A DNA stretch of 64,000 nt from an uncultured Fidelibacterota bacterium (GCA_913040915.1 CAJWHW010000002.1:32001-96000); one strand, 5' to 3'. Shown: positions 1 through 10,534, numbered from the stretch's first letter. The notes: generated from the letters alone by a model not told the origin. Numbers and translations: made by a program.

Positions 1-1712
1 TTGTCAACTTCCAGTGACAAAAATTTCACATCTCGCTCAAGTGCTTCAAGTCTCTGGTCCATCAGGCTAAATAATAATTCTTTGAATGGATCAATTTGAT
101 CTTTCTCAGGTGCAAAATAGATGTTAAGTGTTCCCCTATCAGTGTCTTCCCAGAATTGTGGACCAAAAATTGATAAAAGAAAACATTGTGTATTTACGTT
201 TGCCTTAAATGTTTTTTCATCAAAATATGCAAGATCGTCCAAATAATCTTCTGCTATGGCTGTGGCAAACTCCGATTTCTTAACAGAAAGATAAAATAAG
301 GCTAGGCCAATTTGAATTCTCCTTGTACCATTATTGCCACCAAGGATTCCCTTATCAACCTCATCCTTTGAATAGCCTGGGGGTTTATCAAGTTGCAAGA
401 TCATTTTTAGTAGGTCCATCTGATCTTCATCGCTCCATCCCTTTTCATGTATTAATACTTGGCATTTTCTCAACTCGAAAGTAAGAGTATCTACAACAAA
501 ATATAGCCCAGGATTTGCTTCTGCATTCTTATAGATGTCATTTGCATAAAATTTAAATTTATCATAGCAATATTTTGCCATGTCAACTCTATCTGCCTTG
601 ATGTATTCTTGTATCATATTGGAATAATGAAATGAGAGATTGTATAGATTCCGGGGCTCGTTATTCTTATATGCATGTTTAATTGCGAACCTAAAAAGGG
701 TGTTAAAACGTATGTTTACATGCCCAAGGATTATATCATCGTTGTTTTTTAGACAAGTCACTCCAATGTCCACCATTTCTGCAGGAATTAGTGATGCAAT
801 ATCAAATCGATCATTGGTGATCATTTTAATGTATGAACTTCCCAGAAGTCTAAAAGTTTTTACCTCGTAAAAGGTTTTTGAATCAGACATTTCTTGGTAT
901 TGAATGTCTGTATAGGTACGAAATGTTGCATTTGACCTAATGATGTCAGTTAGGTTAAAGAATTTTTCGTTAAAGTTAGATTTATGTTTTATATATAGTT
1001 GAATCACCTCACTGATCTCACGAATGATATCAGTCTGGGTTTCTTTAAATTCAGTAAAGGCCAGAAGATCATCCAATTGATCTAGAGAGCCCATAATTTC
1101 TTTTTGATATTCTTCTACTACTTCTATACTGTCATCCATTGCAGAATAAATCATTTGTTTTTCCATCTTTAGTACAAAGCCTTGAATAATCGATGAAATG
1201 GTTGATACCACATTACTTGTTTTGGAATACAATAGAATATAGAATATGTATGGTAATGTGAAAATAGACCCTATGAATAGATATATATATGTGTTCAATA
1301 CTGAACTTGAAACACGACCGAGGGGTTCAACATAAAACATGATCAAAACTGCATGAAGTGATGCAATAATTAAAAACCAAACATATATTAGGCTTAGCCA
1401 ATCTTTAACAAAAAGGTCCATCAATTTGGGTGATGATTCTGCTGCAATTGCAATTACAATGATAAGTGTTCCAAGCACCATTGCAAGTACCCCCCCCCAT
1501 ATTTCTGGGGCAAAGTCCAAGGCAATTGTTTCAGGATCAGACAGGTCAATGTTAAATGTGGTGTGAAAATATTCTGTTATTGATGGAAAATATATATGGA
1601 ATAAAACATCTGAAACTATCATCCCTAAGAGTACAATAATAAAAGAGATGATAGTCCGATATTTGAACTGGACACTGTTGAGCCTGATAAGTGTTGAATA
1701 TATTTTTTTCAT
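1..1712 (-). CDS. Membrane protein, DUF2254-like; partial, runs off the window start
   Basis: Not in the ORF track because it has no stop in the window. I translated the first ~235 codons from ATG 1712 (MKKIYSTLIRLNSVQFKYRTIISFIIVLLGMIV...WGGVLAMVLGTLIIVIAIAAESSPKLMDLF...) and the last codons at the window edge, and both are open in the same frame. Several N-terminal hydrophobic helices precede a soluble region. In-frame ATGs also occur at 1769 and 1772. Family call is tentative. Confidence 0.7.
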   Translation of the reverse strand, partial: MKKIYSTLIRLNSVQFKYRTIISFIIVLLGMIVSDVLFHIYFPSITEYFHTTFNIDLSDPETIALDFAPEIWGGVLAMVLGTLIIVIAIAAESSPKLMDLFVKDWLSLIYVWFLIIASLHAVLIMFYVEPLGRVSSSVLNTYIYLFIGSIFTLPYIFYILLYSKTSNVVSTISSIIQGFVLKMEKQMIYSAMDDSIEVVEEYQKEIMGSLDQLDDLLAFTEFKETQTDIIREISEVIQLYIKHKSNFNEKFFNLTDIIRSNATFRTYTDIQYQEMSDSKTFYEVKTFRLLGSSYIKMITNDRFDIASLIPAEMVDIGVTCLKNNDDIILGHVNIRFNTLFRFAIKHAYKNNEPRNLYNLSFHYSNMIQEYIKADRVDMAKYCYDKFKFYANDIYKNAEANPGLYFVVDTLTFELRKCQVLIHEKGWSDEDQMDLLKMILQLDKPPGYSKDEVDKGILGGNNGTRRIQIGLALFYLSVKKSEFATAIAEDYLDDLAYFDEKTFKANVNTQCFLLSIFGPQFWEDTDRGTLNIYFAPEKDQIDPFKELLFSLMDQRLEALERDVKFLSLEVD

Positions 1713-2003
1713 TACTATATTATTTTTTCGCCTTACCCAAGTTGGATAACATATTTTTAGAATATCCATCATGGGACTCGATTCTAGGGTTAGAATAGAA
1801 AAGAAAAACTACAATGAAGATATAATTGAAACAATAATCCATCTAAAAAATAAAGACAATGTTATTTTTGAGAAATCTTGACCTTGCCGGCTACAAATTA
1901 TAATTTTTCATGATGTCTAATCCTTCATAAACATATGTTTGTGCTTAAAGGCTGGACACTGAATATTAACCATTACCCAAAACAAAGAATATAAGGGGAT
2001 TTT

Positions 2004-2435
2004 ATGGCAAACTGGAGTCAACATCACGATTTAGTCTATGCTTTCGTCTGTGTATCATTTTTAGCAGATGGTCAAGTCGATGAATCTGAAAAAGAAGCCA
2101 TGCGTGGCAATGTCAAAGTGATGTTGCCGGATGTATCTGATGATGCATATAACGCAATGGAAGCTGAGGTCATTGATAAGTTTATTGATTTAGGTGATGA
2201 AGCATCACGTACAAATCAATATGGTGAATCTTTAACGGCACTCAAAGGATTATTTTCATCCGATGAAGACCGTTTTAAGGTAGTTAAAAACCTGGCTTAT
2301 ATCGCTAGAGCCGATGATTTTATTCATGAAAATGAAATGGCAATGGTGGAACAGGCTGTAAGTGTTTTAGAGATGACTGATAAAGTTAACCTTGTTAAAA
2401 CAGAATCAACACTTTTTGTCGATTACACAGGTTAA
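2004..2435 (+). CDS. TerB-family (tellurite resistance-like) protein
   Basis: ADGQVDESE and IARADDFIHENE motifs typical of the TerB fold; SD-like AAGGGG upstream. Confidence 0.75.
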   Translation: MANWSQHHDLVYAFVCVSFLADGQVDESEKEAMRGNVKVMLPDVSDDAYNAMEAEVIDKFIDLGDEASRTNQYGESLTALKGLFSSDEDRFKVVKNLAYIARADDFIHENEMAMVEQAVSVLEMTDKVNLVKTESTLFVDYTG

Positions 2436-2460
2436 ATAATATCCAACATAACTTCATGAT

Positions 2461-2485
2461 AACCCCGACTTTAAATGTCGGGGTT
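2461..2485 (+). terminator. Stem-loop, probable terminator after the TerB-family gene
   Basis: Perfect 9-bp stem AACCCCGAC-tttaaat-GTCGGGGTT; weak U-tail. Confidence 0.6.
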
Positions 2486-2512
2486 GTCGTTTAGTTGAAG
2501 GAGTATTAAAAC

Positions 2513-2698
2513 ATGGATGAACAAAGAGAAAAAGGTGCATCAAGGCGCAATAGTGATCGTAGAGATAATCATAGGAGAAATGAGCACAGAAGAAAAAGAA
2601 ATTCAGATGTAGATGTTGAACGAAGAACAAAAGTCGATCAAAGAAAAGACTATCAGCGTCAATCTAACAGAAGATCTGGTCAGGAGCGGAGGCATTAA
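2513..2698 (+). CDS. Small Arg-rich repeat protein (RR..DRR/ERR motifs)
   Basis: 61-aa ORF with strong SD GAAGGAG upstream and repeated RRxxDRR-like motifs. Confidence 0.65.
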   Translation: MDEQREKGASRRNSDRRDNHRRNEHRRKRNSDVDVERRTKVDQRKDYQRQSNRRSGQERRH

Positions 2699-2716
2699 TA
2701 AAAAGACAATTATTTT

Positions 2717-3145
2717 TTATATATAATTGATTAATGTTTTTAACGCCTCTAAGTATCCAGGTTTCCCTAAACCTGAAATTTGATCTATGCACTTTTCCTT
2801 TATTACTGATATTCTTCTGAATTCCTCTCTTTGATTTATGTCACTGATGTGGACTTCAACTACTGGAGTCTTTATAGAAGAAATTGCATCTCGAAGTGCA
2901 TATGAATAATGTGTTAATGCACCTGGGTTAATAATTATTCCATCAAATTTGTGTACAGAATTGTGAATTTGATCAATAAGATCTCCCTCGTGGTTAGATT
3001 GGAACCAAATTATTTCATGCTCAGCTGATTCTATTTGAGAGTCAAGCCAAGATTCAATATCATTTAATGAATCGGTTCCATAAATATCAGGTTCTCTTAA
3101 CCCTAATAGATTGAGATTAGGACCATTTAAGACTAAAAACTTCAT
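2717..3145 (-). CDS. aroQ: Type II 3-dehydroquinate dehydratase
   Basis: LNGPNLNLLGLREPDIYG, QSNHEG, INPGALTHYS, EVHIS motifs. Confidence 0.97.
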   Translation of the reverse strand: MKFLVLNGPNLNLLGLREPDIYGTDSLNDIESWLDSQIESAEHEIIWFQSNHEGDLIDQIHNSVHKFDGIIINPGALTHYSYALRDAISSIKTPVVEVHISDINQREEFRRISVIKEKCIDQISGLGKPGYLEALKTLINYI

Positions 3146-4212
3146 TGAATTACTCGAAGAGATTCTTTGATTAATTGCTCAGAAACTTCTTGAGACGTAT
3201 TTCCTTTGCCAAGCTTATCTAAAACCACAAAATGAAGGATTCCATTTCTAACTTTTTTATCCTTTTTAACAAAAGATAAAATCGTATTTGGGTCTAATTT
3301 TTTAACATTAGGCAGTTTAAGTTTATTAATTGTATTAAATAAGTGAATTTCATCATCTGCGTTGAGCCGTCCGATTTTTTTGGATATCCACGCTGCACAT
3401 TTCATTCCTAGAGCTACAGCTTCACCATGTCGTATTCGTCCATATCCAGAATACGCTTCCAAAGCATGACCAATGGTGTGACCAAAATTTAATAGTTTTC
3501 TCAATCCATCTTCCCGTTCATCTTTAGAAACAATTTCAGCTTTAATCTCACAAGATCTGAATATCGCTTTTTCAAAAGGAAAATTATTTAAATCATCAAG
3601 CCAAAATGATATGTCGTTAAAGAAATTACGATCCCATATAGCACCATATTTTATAATTTCACCCAAACCAGCGATAGTCTCTTCTTTGGGCAAAGAGTTC
3701 AATATTTTAGGATCCACCAAAACTCCTTTTGGTTGATAAATAGATCCAATAAGGTTTTTCCCTTCAGCAATATTAATTCCTGTTTTCCCTCCAATTGCAG
3801 AATCCACCATAGCCAAAAGCGTTGTGGGAATTTGATAATAATCAATACCACGCATGAAAGATGATGAAACAAACCCACCTACATCACCGACCACACCACC
3901 ACCCAATGCCAATACAACTGAAGATCTGTCACATTTGTATTCAATCATCTGGTTAATTAATTTGCTGAATTCATTTAAGCTTTTAGCAGTCTCTCCTATG
4001 GGAAGTGTTAAATAATCTATATCAAAGTCAGCATTTTTCAGTTCATTCATTAGTTGAAATCCAAATAATTCCATGAGCTTATGTTGAGATATAATTATCC
4101 ACTTTTGACCGTGATTATGTTCAGACAAAAGTGCAGGGGCGCTCTGAAGTAGCCCCGATTTTACCTGAATTGGGTAAGAGCGAGTGCCTAGCTTAACTTG
4201 GATATTTTTCAT
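3142..4212 (-). CDS. aroB: 3-dehydroquinate synthase
   Basis: ALGGGVVGD, PTTLLAMVDSAIGGKTGIN, LNFGHTIGHALE, HGEAVALG. Confidence 0.97.
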   Translation of the reverse strand: MKNIQVKLGTRSYPIQVKSGLLQSAPALLSEHNHGQKWIIISQHKLMELFGFQLMNELKNADFDIDYLTLPIGETAKSLNEFSKLINQMIEYKCDRSSVVLALGGGVVGDVGGFVSSSFMRGIDYYQIPTTLLAMVDSAIGGKTGINIAEGKNLIGSIYQPKGVLVDPKILNSLPKEETIAGLGEIIKYGAIWDRNFFNDISFWLDDLNNFPFEKAIFRSCEIKAEIVSKDEREDGLRKLLNFGHTIGHALEAYSGYGRIRHGEAVALGMKCAAWISKKIGRLNADDEIHLFNTINKLKLPNVKKLDPNTILSFVKKDKKVRNGILHFVVLDKLGKGNTSQEVSEQLIKESLRVIQ

Positions 4213-4706
4213 GATTTTAGATTAATTAAAATTTCATTTGTGATTATTTCAGGAGTTTTTCCATCAGTTTCTATAGTTATATCTGCCGTAGATGAATAAT
4301 GATCTTTTCGTTTTGACCACAATTCACTAAGTGAATCTTCTGGGGAATTTTGAGCCAATAGAGGCCTTTTATTTGAATACTTTAATCTATTTGTTAATTC
4401 TCTAATGGAAGCTGTTAATAAGATAGTAGTACCATTTCTTCTAATCAGGTTACGGTTTTCTTCTTTCAGTATAATTCCACCACCACAAGATATAACTGAA
4501 TCTGAAACTTTTTTAAGATGTTCTGTTTCTATTTTTCTGAAAATATTTTCTCCATCTATCCTAAATATATCAGAAATAGTCCTTTTTGTACTTTTTTCAA
4601 TCTCTTCATCTAGGTCAATAAATGGCTTTTTCACCTTATTTGCTAACAAGATACCTATGGTTGATTTACCTGTACCCATCATTCCAATTATGAAAATGTT
4701 CATCAA
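4209..4706 (-). CDS. aroK: Shikimate kinase
   Basis: P-loop GMMGTGKST; DLDEEIE, GENIFR, SCGGG and RPLL motifs. Confidence 0.95.
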   Translation of the reverse strand: MMNIFIIGMMGTGKSTIGILLANKVKKPFIDLDEEIEKSTKRTISDIFRIDGENIFRKIETEHLKKVSDSVISCGGGIILKEENRNLIRRNGTTILLTASIRELTNRLKYSNKRPLLAQNSPEDSLSELWSKRKDHYSSTADITIETDGKTPEIITNEILINLKS

Positions 4707-5863
4707 TATTTTGCAGTAGCATTTAAATGAGCTTTGAGTTGCTCCATGGAATCGCCTCCAAACTTTTCCAATAATGCATCAACAAGTACAAAACATAACA
4801 TACTTTCTGCAATGATTGAAGCTGCAGGTACAGCACATGAATCTGTTCTCTCTTTATGTGCGTTTTTCTTTTCTTTAGTATTAATATCAATAGATCGTAA
4901 TGGTTTGATAAGAGTTGGGATTGGTTTCATTGCAATTTTTAGAACTATAGGCTGGGCATTACTCATCCCACCTTCAATTCCGCCCGCATTATTTGAGTAT
5001 CGGGTAAATTTTTTCCCATCATAACCAATTTCATCATGAACTTCACTACCAAATATTTTTGCGCCTACAAAACCACTGCCAATTTCTATTGCTTTAAATG
5101 CATTCACACTCATCATCATTGCTGATAAGCGCGTTTGTAGTTTTCTATCCCATTGAGTATGTGCACCAAGTCCATAGGGAACCCCTGTTGCAATCACTTC
5201 AAAAATCCCTCCTACTGAATCACCTCTTTCTTTGGCACTTTTGATTTTGTTTATCATTTTTATTTCAGCATCATTATCTAGACAGCGAACATCCGATTCA
5301 TCTGCTTTTTCACTCAATTGATTTGGTGTAAGATTCTTGGGCAAAGGATGATCATCCCTTATATCATGAATCTCGATCACTCGGCTTCCAACTTCTATAT
5401 CCACATCTTCCAATAATTTTCGACAAATGGACCCAAGTGCTACACGCATGGCGGTTTCTCGTGCACTGGAACGTTCCAAAACATTACGAATATCATCGAA
5501 TCCATATTTTTGAACGCCAGCCAGATCTGCATGCCCGGGTCGTGGGAGAGTTACTTTCCGAATATCACCTTCTACTGGATTTATGGACATTTTCTTAGTC
5601 CAGTTTTTCCAATCCTTATTTTTAATAATAAGTCCGACAGGTGCACCTATAGTTTTACCATGGCGAATACCAGACCAAATTTCAGCATAATCACTTTCAA
5701 TTTTCATTCTTCCTCCACGGCCATATCCCATTTGGCGTCGCTGAAGATGTCTACCTATATATTTTTCAGAAATTTCTAATCCTGCAGGTATGCCATCTAA
5801 GATACCTAGCAAACCTTTTCCATGAGATTCCCCAGCTGTTAAAAATTTAATTTGTCTTAACAT
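4703..5863 (-). CDS. aroC: Chorismate synthase
   Basis: TAGESHG, PRPGHADL, ERSSARETA, GGIEGGMSN, MKPIPTL. Confidence 0.97.
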   Translation of the reverse strand: MLRQIKFLTAGESHGKGLLGILDGIPAGLEISEKYIGRHLQRRQMGYGRGGRMKIESDYAEIWSGIRHGKTIGAPVGLIIKNKDWKNWTKKMSINPVEGDIRKVTLPRPGHADLAGVQKYGFDDIRNVLERSSARETAMRVALGSICRKLLEDVDIEVGSRVIEIHDIRDDHPLPKNLTPNQLSEKADESDVRCLDNDAEIKMINKIKSAKERGDSVGGIFEVIATGVPYGLGAHTQWDRKLQTRLSAMMMSVNAFKAIEIGSGFVGAKIFGSEVHDEIGYDGKKFTRYSNNAGGIEGGMSNAQPIVLKIAMKPIPTLIKPLRSIDINTKEKKNAHKERTDSCAVPAASIIAESMLCFVLVDALLEKFGGDSMEQLKAHLNATAKY

Positions 5864-6663
5864 AATTTTAATTTTAATACCTTTTTAATTTTTCCTAAGT
5901 CAACTTGTTTAGAAATATTTTGTTTAAACCATATATCACAAGATGCCAAACCCTGGGCAATGAACATATCTAAACCAATTACGGTTTTAACTTTAACCTC
6001 AATACCTTTTTTAAGCCATTTTGTTTGAAGAGGGTTGTAAATAGTTTCAACCAGTATATTTTTTTTGCAAAAATTAACACTCGGAATTGATTTAATATCT
6101 GGCCACATACCAATTGGAGTGCAGTTTATGATTATTTGGTAATGATGCGGCTTGTTTAATTGTTGAACTTGTGTTGTATGTATAGTAGATATTTTTTTTA
6201 TCCATTTGACAAGGTTCTTTGCTCTTTCAATAGTACGGTTAACAATTGTTATTGATTTTACTTTTTCCATAATCAGGGCATAAGCTACTGCCCGTGCTGC
6301 ACCCCCAGCACCAAGGAGCACACAATTTTGTTCATTTAAATCAATACCATTGATTTCCATGGCTCTGGAAAATCCAATCCAATCAGTATTATAGCCCGTA
6401 GAGTTATCTACGCAATTGACAGCACCAATGATTTGGGCGGCATCATCCAATCTATCCAAGAAAGGAATAATGGATTCCTTGTGTGGCAGGGTGACATTGA
6501 AACCATTTAATTGGTTTGAATTTATAAATAAGTCCATTGAATTATCTTCTACCTGAATTTTTTCATATTCAGCTTTAATATTTAATTGTTTATATATTTC
6601 GTGATGTAACGTTGTACTCAAACTATGAGCGATAGGGTCACCAATAACTGCAAATCGTTTCAT
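5857..6663 (-). CDS. aroE: Shikimate dehydrogenase
   Basis: GDPIAHSLS, NVTLPHKE, GYNTD, LGAGGAARA, INCTPIGM. Confidence 0.95.
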   Translation of the reverse strand: MKRFAVIGDPIAHSLSTTLHHEIYKQLNIKAEYEKIQVEDNSMDLFINSNQLNGFNVTLPHKESIIPFLDRLDDAAQIIGAVNCVDNSTGYNTDWIGFSRAMEINGIDLNEQNCVLLGAGGAARAVAYALIMEKVKSITIVNRTIERAKNLVKWIKKISTIHTTQVQQLNKPHHYQIIINCTPIGMWPDIKSIPSVNFCKKNILVETIYNPLQTKWLKKGIEVKVKTVIGLDMFIAQGLASCDIWFKQNISKQVDLGKIKKVLKLKLC

Positions 6664-7907
6664 CGACGCAACCTTGCTAATCCATCATAGAACTCTGGAT
6701 AAGAAATAGAAGCACAGTCCGGATAGTCTAAAAGCAATTCACCATCACTAATAATTCCTGCAACAGTAAAGGCCATTGCTATCCTGTGATCCCGAAATGT
6801 TTCAATTTTTGCACCCTTTAATTGTGTTGGTCCATGAATAATAAACCCATCTTTAAATTCTTCGATTCTACCACCCATATTTTTCAAATTGCTACAGATG
6901 GCATGAATTCTATCACACTCTTTTACACGGAGTTCTTCTGCGCCTCTGACCACAGTTTTTCCAATTGCCTGGGTAGCCAAAATTGCAAGTATAGGTAATT
7001 CATCAATTATCCCAGGTACATCTTTTTTGGAAATTGATGTGCCCCTTAACTGTTGATAAACTACCCGTATATTACCTATTGGTTCTCCTGAATTGGTCCA
7101 TTGTTTGATGCAGGTTATCCTAGCACCCATTTTTTGGAGTATACTATAAAAACCAATTCGAGTGGGATTCCTTAAAATACTATTCAGAGTCAAATCCGAG
7201 TTTGGAACCATTGCTGCAGCTGCAGCAAAAAATGCAGCTGTGGATGGATCACCTGGGACCGTAAGTTGTATAGGAGCTAGGGGACGATTAGTTTTGGAAA
7301 TAATTGTCTTTAGTTTATTAGTTAAGATGTTAGCGCCCATACTCTTTAGCATTCGTTCAGTATGATCCCTAGAAAGAATCGGTTCAGTTATTGATGTTTC
7401 ATTTTTTGAGCCTAAGCCTGCCAGAAGTACAGCTGATTTTACTTGGGCACTTGCTATTGGTGAATTATAATGAATATTATTCAGATTACTCTTGTAAATG
7501 GTTATAGGCAATTTCCCATGATTACTTTTTGATTCCAATCCCATTTGTGATAATGGATCTAAAATACGATCCATAGGACGTGAAGAGAGAGAATCATCTC
7601 CAATTAAAGTTGCATTAATGCCCTTCATGTGTAAAAGTCCTAAAAGCAATCGTGCTGTAGTTCCCGAATTTCCACAGTCTAATGGTTTTGTTGGGTCTAA
7701 AAATTTTCCCCCAATCACGATCAAAACATCTCCATTATTTTCAAATTGAATACCACAGCTTTTTAGACAGGATATAGTAGTTTGTAAATCGGCACCAGTG
7801 GATAAATTAGAAATCCGAGACTCTCCATCAGAAATAGCTGCAAACATAAGAGCGCGATGAGAGATTGACTTATCTCCCGGCAATGAGATTTTACCCTGAA
7901 TGGCCAT
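6660..7907 (-). CDS. aroA: EPSP synthase
   Basis: PGDKSISHRA, DCGNSGTT, ASAQVKSA, ELRVKECDRI, DHRIAM. Confidence 0.97.
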   Translation of the reverse strand: MAIQGKISLPGDKSISHRALMFAAISDGESRISNLSTGADLQTTISCLKSCGIQFENNGDVLIVIGGKFLDPTKPLDCGNSGTTARLLLGLLHMKGINATLIGDDSLSSRPMDRILDPLSQMGLESKSNHGKLPITIYKSNLNNIHYNSPIASAQVKSAVLLAGLGSKNETSITEPILSRDHTERMLKSMGANILTNKLKTIISKTNRPLAPIQLTVPGDPSTAAFFAAAAAMVPNSDLTLNSILRNPTRIGFYSILQKMGARITCIKQWTNSGEPIGNIRVVYQQLRGTSISKKDVPGIIDELPILAILATQAIGKTVVRGAEELRVKECDRIHAICSNLKNMGGRIEEFKDGFIIHGPTQLKGAKIETFRDHRIAMAFTVAGIISDGELLLDYPDCASISYPEFYDGLARLRR

Positions 7908-9240
7908 TAGACTTTAATTCATCTGCAATCAAAAAAGCTAATTCTATAGCCTGATTTGCATTAAGGCGTGGATCACAGTGAGTATGGTAACGGTTTGATA
8001 AATCAGATTCAGATATATCATCTAATCCGCCAGTACATTCTGTCACATTTTGTCCAGTCATTTCTAAATGAATACCTCCTAAATGTGAATCATTATTTTT
8101 GTGTATTTTAATATTTTGTTTTACTTCTTCTAAAATATGATCAAATGGTCGTGTTTTAATTCCACCAGAACTCTTAATTGTATTACCATGCATTGGGTCG
8201 CAGGACCAAATAACAGTTCTGCCTTCAGACTGTACTTTTTCGACTAGCTTGGGTAAGTAGAATTCAACTTTTTTATGACCAAACCTTGTAATTAATGTAA
8301 TCCTACCAGCCTGATCATTGGGATTAAGAATATCGAGAAGCTTAATTAATTCGTCAGCATCTAAAGAAGGACCACACTTAATGCCAATTGGATTATTGAT
8401 TCCTCGGCAAAATTCTATATGAGCACTTTCTTCAAATCGCGTCCGATCTCCGATCCAGACAAAATGGGCTGATGTGTTATAAATATCACCAGATGTTGAA
8501 TCGATTCGAGTCATTGCCTCTTCATATGGAAGTAATAATGCTTCGTGACTTGTATAATAATGCACTTGCCGGAGTTGAGGTGTATTGCTAGAATTAATTC
8601 CTAGTGCATCCATAAAGTTCAAGCTTTCTTGAATCTGATGAGCTAAATGTCGGTACCTTTCACCCTGCGGACCGCTTTTCACAAAACCCATATTCCAGGA
8701 GTTAACATGGCGAAGATCAGCGTAGCCTCCATCGGCAAAAGCTCGTAGTAAGTTTAAAGTAGATGCGGCTTGAGAATAGGCCTTTAGCATTCGGTCTGGG
8801 TCTGGTTGTCGTTTATTTGCTTCAAAATGGATATCATTAATTATATCACCAGTGTAGCTTGGGAGTTCTATCCCATTTTTAGTTTCAGTAGGACTTGAAC
8901 GAGGTTTGGCAAATTGTCCTGCCATTCTGCCAACTTTAACGACAGGGAGATTGGCTCCAGATGTTAGGATTACTGCCATCTGTAAAATGACCCTAAATGT
9001 ATCCCGAATATTGTCAGCATTAAATTCTGTAAAACTTTCTGCGCAATCTCCACCTTGTAAGAGAAAGCCATTGCCTTCTGCCACTTCTGCCAGTGATCGC
9101 TTTAAAGAACGAACTTCACCCGCAAAAACTAAAGGCGGAAATCCTTTCAATATATTTTCAACTTCACTTAAATGATCTTGATTTGAATAATTTGGAATAT
9201 GTTTTGCTGTAAAATTCCGCCAACTATCAGGTTGCCACAT
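7891..9240 (-). CDS. Class II DAHP synthase
   Basis: PPLVFAGE, LQGGDCAESF, GRMAGQFAKPRS, WIGDRTR, CDPMHGNT, CDPRLN: class II family signatures. Confidence 0.95.
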   Translation of the reverse strand: MWQPDSWRNFTAKHIPNYSNQDHLSEVENILKGFPPLVFAGEVRSLKRSLAEVAEGNGFLLQGGDCAESFTEFNADNIRDTFRVILQMAVILTSGANLPVVKVGRMAGQFAKPRSSPTETKNGIELPSYTGDIINDIHFEANKRQPDPDRMLKAYSQAASTLNLLRAFADGGYADLRHVNSWNMGFVKSGPQGERYRHLAHQIQESLNFMDALGINSSNTPQLRQVHYYTSHEALLLPYEEAMTRIDSTSGDIYNTSAHFVWIGDRTRFEESAHIEFCRGINNPIGIKCGPSLDADELIKLLDILNPNDQAGRITLITRFGHKKVEFYLPKLVEKVQSEGRTVIWSCDPMHGNTIKSSGGIKTRPFDHILEEVKQNIKIHKNNDSHLGGIHLEMTGQNVTECTGGLDDISESDLSNRYHTHCDPRLNANQAIELAFLIADELKSNGHSG

Positions 9241-9964
9241 TTTTTAATTTCTCCATACGATTATCTAAAGATTCCATTGCCAGTTTGACATTTTTTATCA
9301 TGTCTTTTGTATAGGGGTTATAAAGTTGCAGATCTGTATATAATTCCCACGTATCGTTACAGGTTTGATCTACTAAGTCCAGTAGGTCGCGAAACCCTTG
9401 AGTGTCAATAACAGTTTTACTGATACCATATTCCTTTAGCATTCTACCAAGAAAATGTGTTACTCCCTGAGTTTTAGCGGCCAGTTTATCATGTTGATCT
9501 GGAGACATTTCCATAACTTGGATTCCTTGATCAGTGAAAAATTGTTTCCAGAAAGAAAATTGGTTATGGTGATCTCGAGTATTGTCCATCATCATTTTTA
9601 GGCGATTATTCGAAAAATATGAATCGGGTCCAAACATGGGGTGGGTAGCAATGATACTTACCTGTTCCGGAAGTATCTTTTTCATGACTTCAGTAGGATA
9701 TTTTTTCACTGAACATACATCAATTACTAAGGCTTGTTCAGAAAGCTTTGAAGCAATATTCTGGATCACGGATTCAAAGTGCCTTATCGGAACTGCAATG
9801 AAAATTACCTCTTCCTTTAAAACAGTGGTTAAGTCAGCAATTTCCACTCCGGTGAATGTATGAGGAGGGGTCAGGTCGTATGTTTTAATAGCGAACCCTT
9901 TTTGTAAAATATTGGCTAGAACTTTTCCAAATCTGCCAAAACCTATTAATCCTACACTTTTCAT
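9227..9964 (-). CDS. tyrA: Prephenate/arogenate dehydrogenase (no ACT domain)
   Basis: GLIGFGRFG, DVCSVK, THPMFGP, HDKLAA. Confidence 0.9.
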   Translation of the reverse strand: MKSVGLIGFGRFGKVLANILQKGFAIKTYDLTPPHTFTGVEIADLTTVLKEEVIFIAVPIRHFESVIQNIASKLSEQALVIDVCSVKKYPTEVMKKILPEQVSIIATHPMFGPDSYFSNNRLKMMMDNTRDHHNQFSFWKQFFTDQGIQVMEMSPDQHDKLAAKTQGVTHFLGRMLKEYGISKTVIDTQGFRDLLDLVDQTCNDTWELYTDLQLYNPYTKDMIKNVKLAMESLDNRMEKLKNVAT

Positions 9965-10534
9965 TTATTCTCCAAGGTGTTTAACCCCAAGAAATAAGGT
10001 CAAATTATGCTTTAGGTCATGAATACTTTCTTGGAGGATCTCAAGTCCATAAAGGTCTGCGCAAGCTTTATTGGCAATAACACCTGCAGTTGGTGGTAGT
10101 TTTCCTTCTGATAACCTTCTTGCTGCTTCTGCTGTATCATCTTCCTCGATAAGTGGACGTGTCCAAAAATGTTCACTCAGGTAATCTTTACACTGCCGCA
10201 GAGCTTGTTGGTGAGAATGGATTTCAGTCACATCTCCAATATTAGTACCGGTTAATCCTAAAAGATTTTGATTAACAGTGATGTGAAACATTTCTACAAT
10301 TTCACAGCGATATTTTGCTAAAGCTTCTACACTTTCGATCACGACTCCGCCTTGGGCATTTTCCATAGCAAAAACACCATACTCTGTAACACCATTTTCA
10401 ACACCATGCAGCACAGATTTTGATGAAATTTGATAAATAACTTTTGCATCTAAAATTCCGTGGTTTTTTGCAAATTCAGATGCAGCTTCTTCTGAAAAAC
10501 TTCCTTTTCCGCCTTGTATACCAATAGTACTCAT
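9965..10534 (-). CDS. pheA: Prephenate dehydratase, catalytic domain only
   Basis: IQGGKGSFSEEAA, MENAQGG, SHQQALRQC, DTAEAA, N-x-TLF in place of N-x-TRF; ends before an ACT domain. Confidence 0.85.
   Translation of the reverse strand: MSTIGIQGGKGSFSEEAASEFAKNHGILDAKVIYQISSKSVLHGVENGVTEYGVFAMENAQGGVVIESVEALAKYRCEIVEMFHITVNQNLLGLTGTNIGDVTEIHSHQQALRQCKDYLSEHFWTRPLIEEDDTAEAARRLSEGKLPPTAGVIANKACADLYGLEILQESIHDLKHNLTLFLGVKHLGE

Noticed and set aside
640..870. 76-aa plus-strand ORF
   Set aside because: Antisense shadow of the long minus-strand membrane-protein gene (1-1712).
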